A stretch of DNA of 64,000 nucleotides, taken from a virus (taxonomy: Duplodnaviria > Caudoviricetes). Shown here one piece after another: positions 63,993 to 64,000 of this stretch. Made by a program: the position numbers and the translations under genes. The notes beneath the pieces are model-generated. The model saw only the letters and a program-made list of their open reading frames with translations, made no database searches and had not been told where the DNA came from. Position 1 is the first letter of the stretch; the number at the start of each line of letters is the position of its first letter. Location: the IMG/VR virus record IMGVR_UViG_3300025707_000003, positions 96,001 through 160,000 of that record, one strand, 5' to 3'.

Positions 63993-64000
63993 GAGAAAGT

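Noticed and set aside
1-64000. Stop-codon reassignment (alternative genetic code)
   Set aside because: Long genes are intact in the standard code, and TAA, TAG and TGA all end genes. The MTase breaks are frame changes, not in-frame stops.
1-64000. tRNA, rRNA or structured ncRNA genes
   Set aside because: I saw no cloverleaf or T-loop GTTCRANYC in an intergenic context. tRNAscan-SE and Infernal were not run.

Overview
This is a densely coded 64-kb segment of a large lytic dsDNA bacteriophage, probably jumbo-type. The assignment rests on a terminase large subunit with an intein, an amidase endolysin, and many short hypothetical genes alongside host-like replication and recombination genes (DnaX, DnaN, RecA, RuvC, a PD-(D/E)XK nuclease, a C-terminal SbcC half). 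It also carries transcription factors (NusG-like, sigma-r4-like), a degenerate GroEL, and auxiliary genes (GSII, PhoH, dCMP deaminase, dNK, Sir2, CNNM, HD hydrolase, class III cyclase, JmjC). I saw no tRNA, rRNA or CRISPR array. The most unusual feature is a family of nine otherwise unrelated proteins sharing a 20-residue N-terminal tag, M[RK][RK]xA[ST]E[IV][IL]xxLExR[IV]A[RH]LE. Most sit behind a conserved promoter-plus-RBS DNA cassette. At 38.5-40.9 kb these units form a tandem array with perfect 31-bp and 74-bp direct repeats and one 'empty' tag-only unit. This suggests a modular gene-capture and protein-addressing system, possibly for capsid targeting. Three recurrent intergenic motif classes track gene function: GTAACCCCTTATTTAT, RTAGT-N3-TTTAT and ATCATATAA. 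Several hairpins would occlude Shine-Dalgarno sites on read-through transcripts. Product calls come from motif recognition by eye; no database searches were run.
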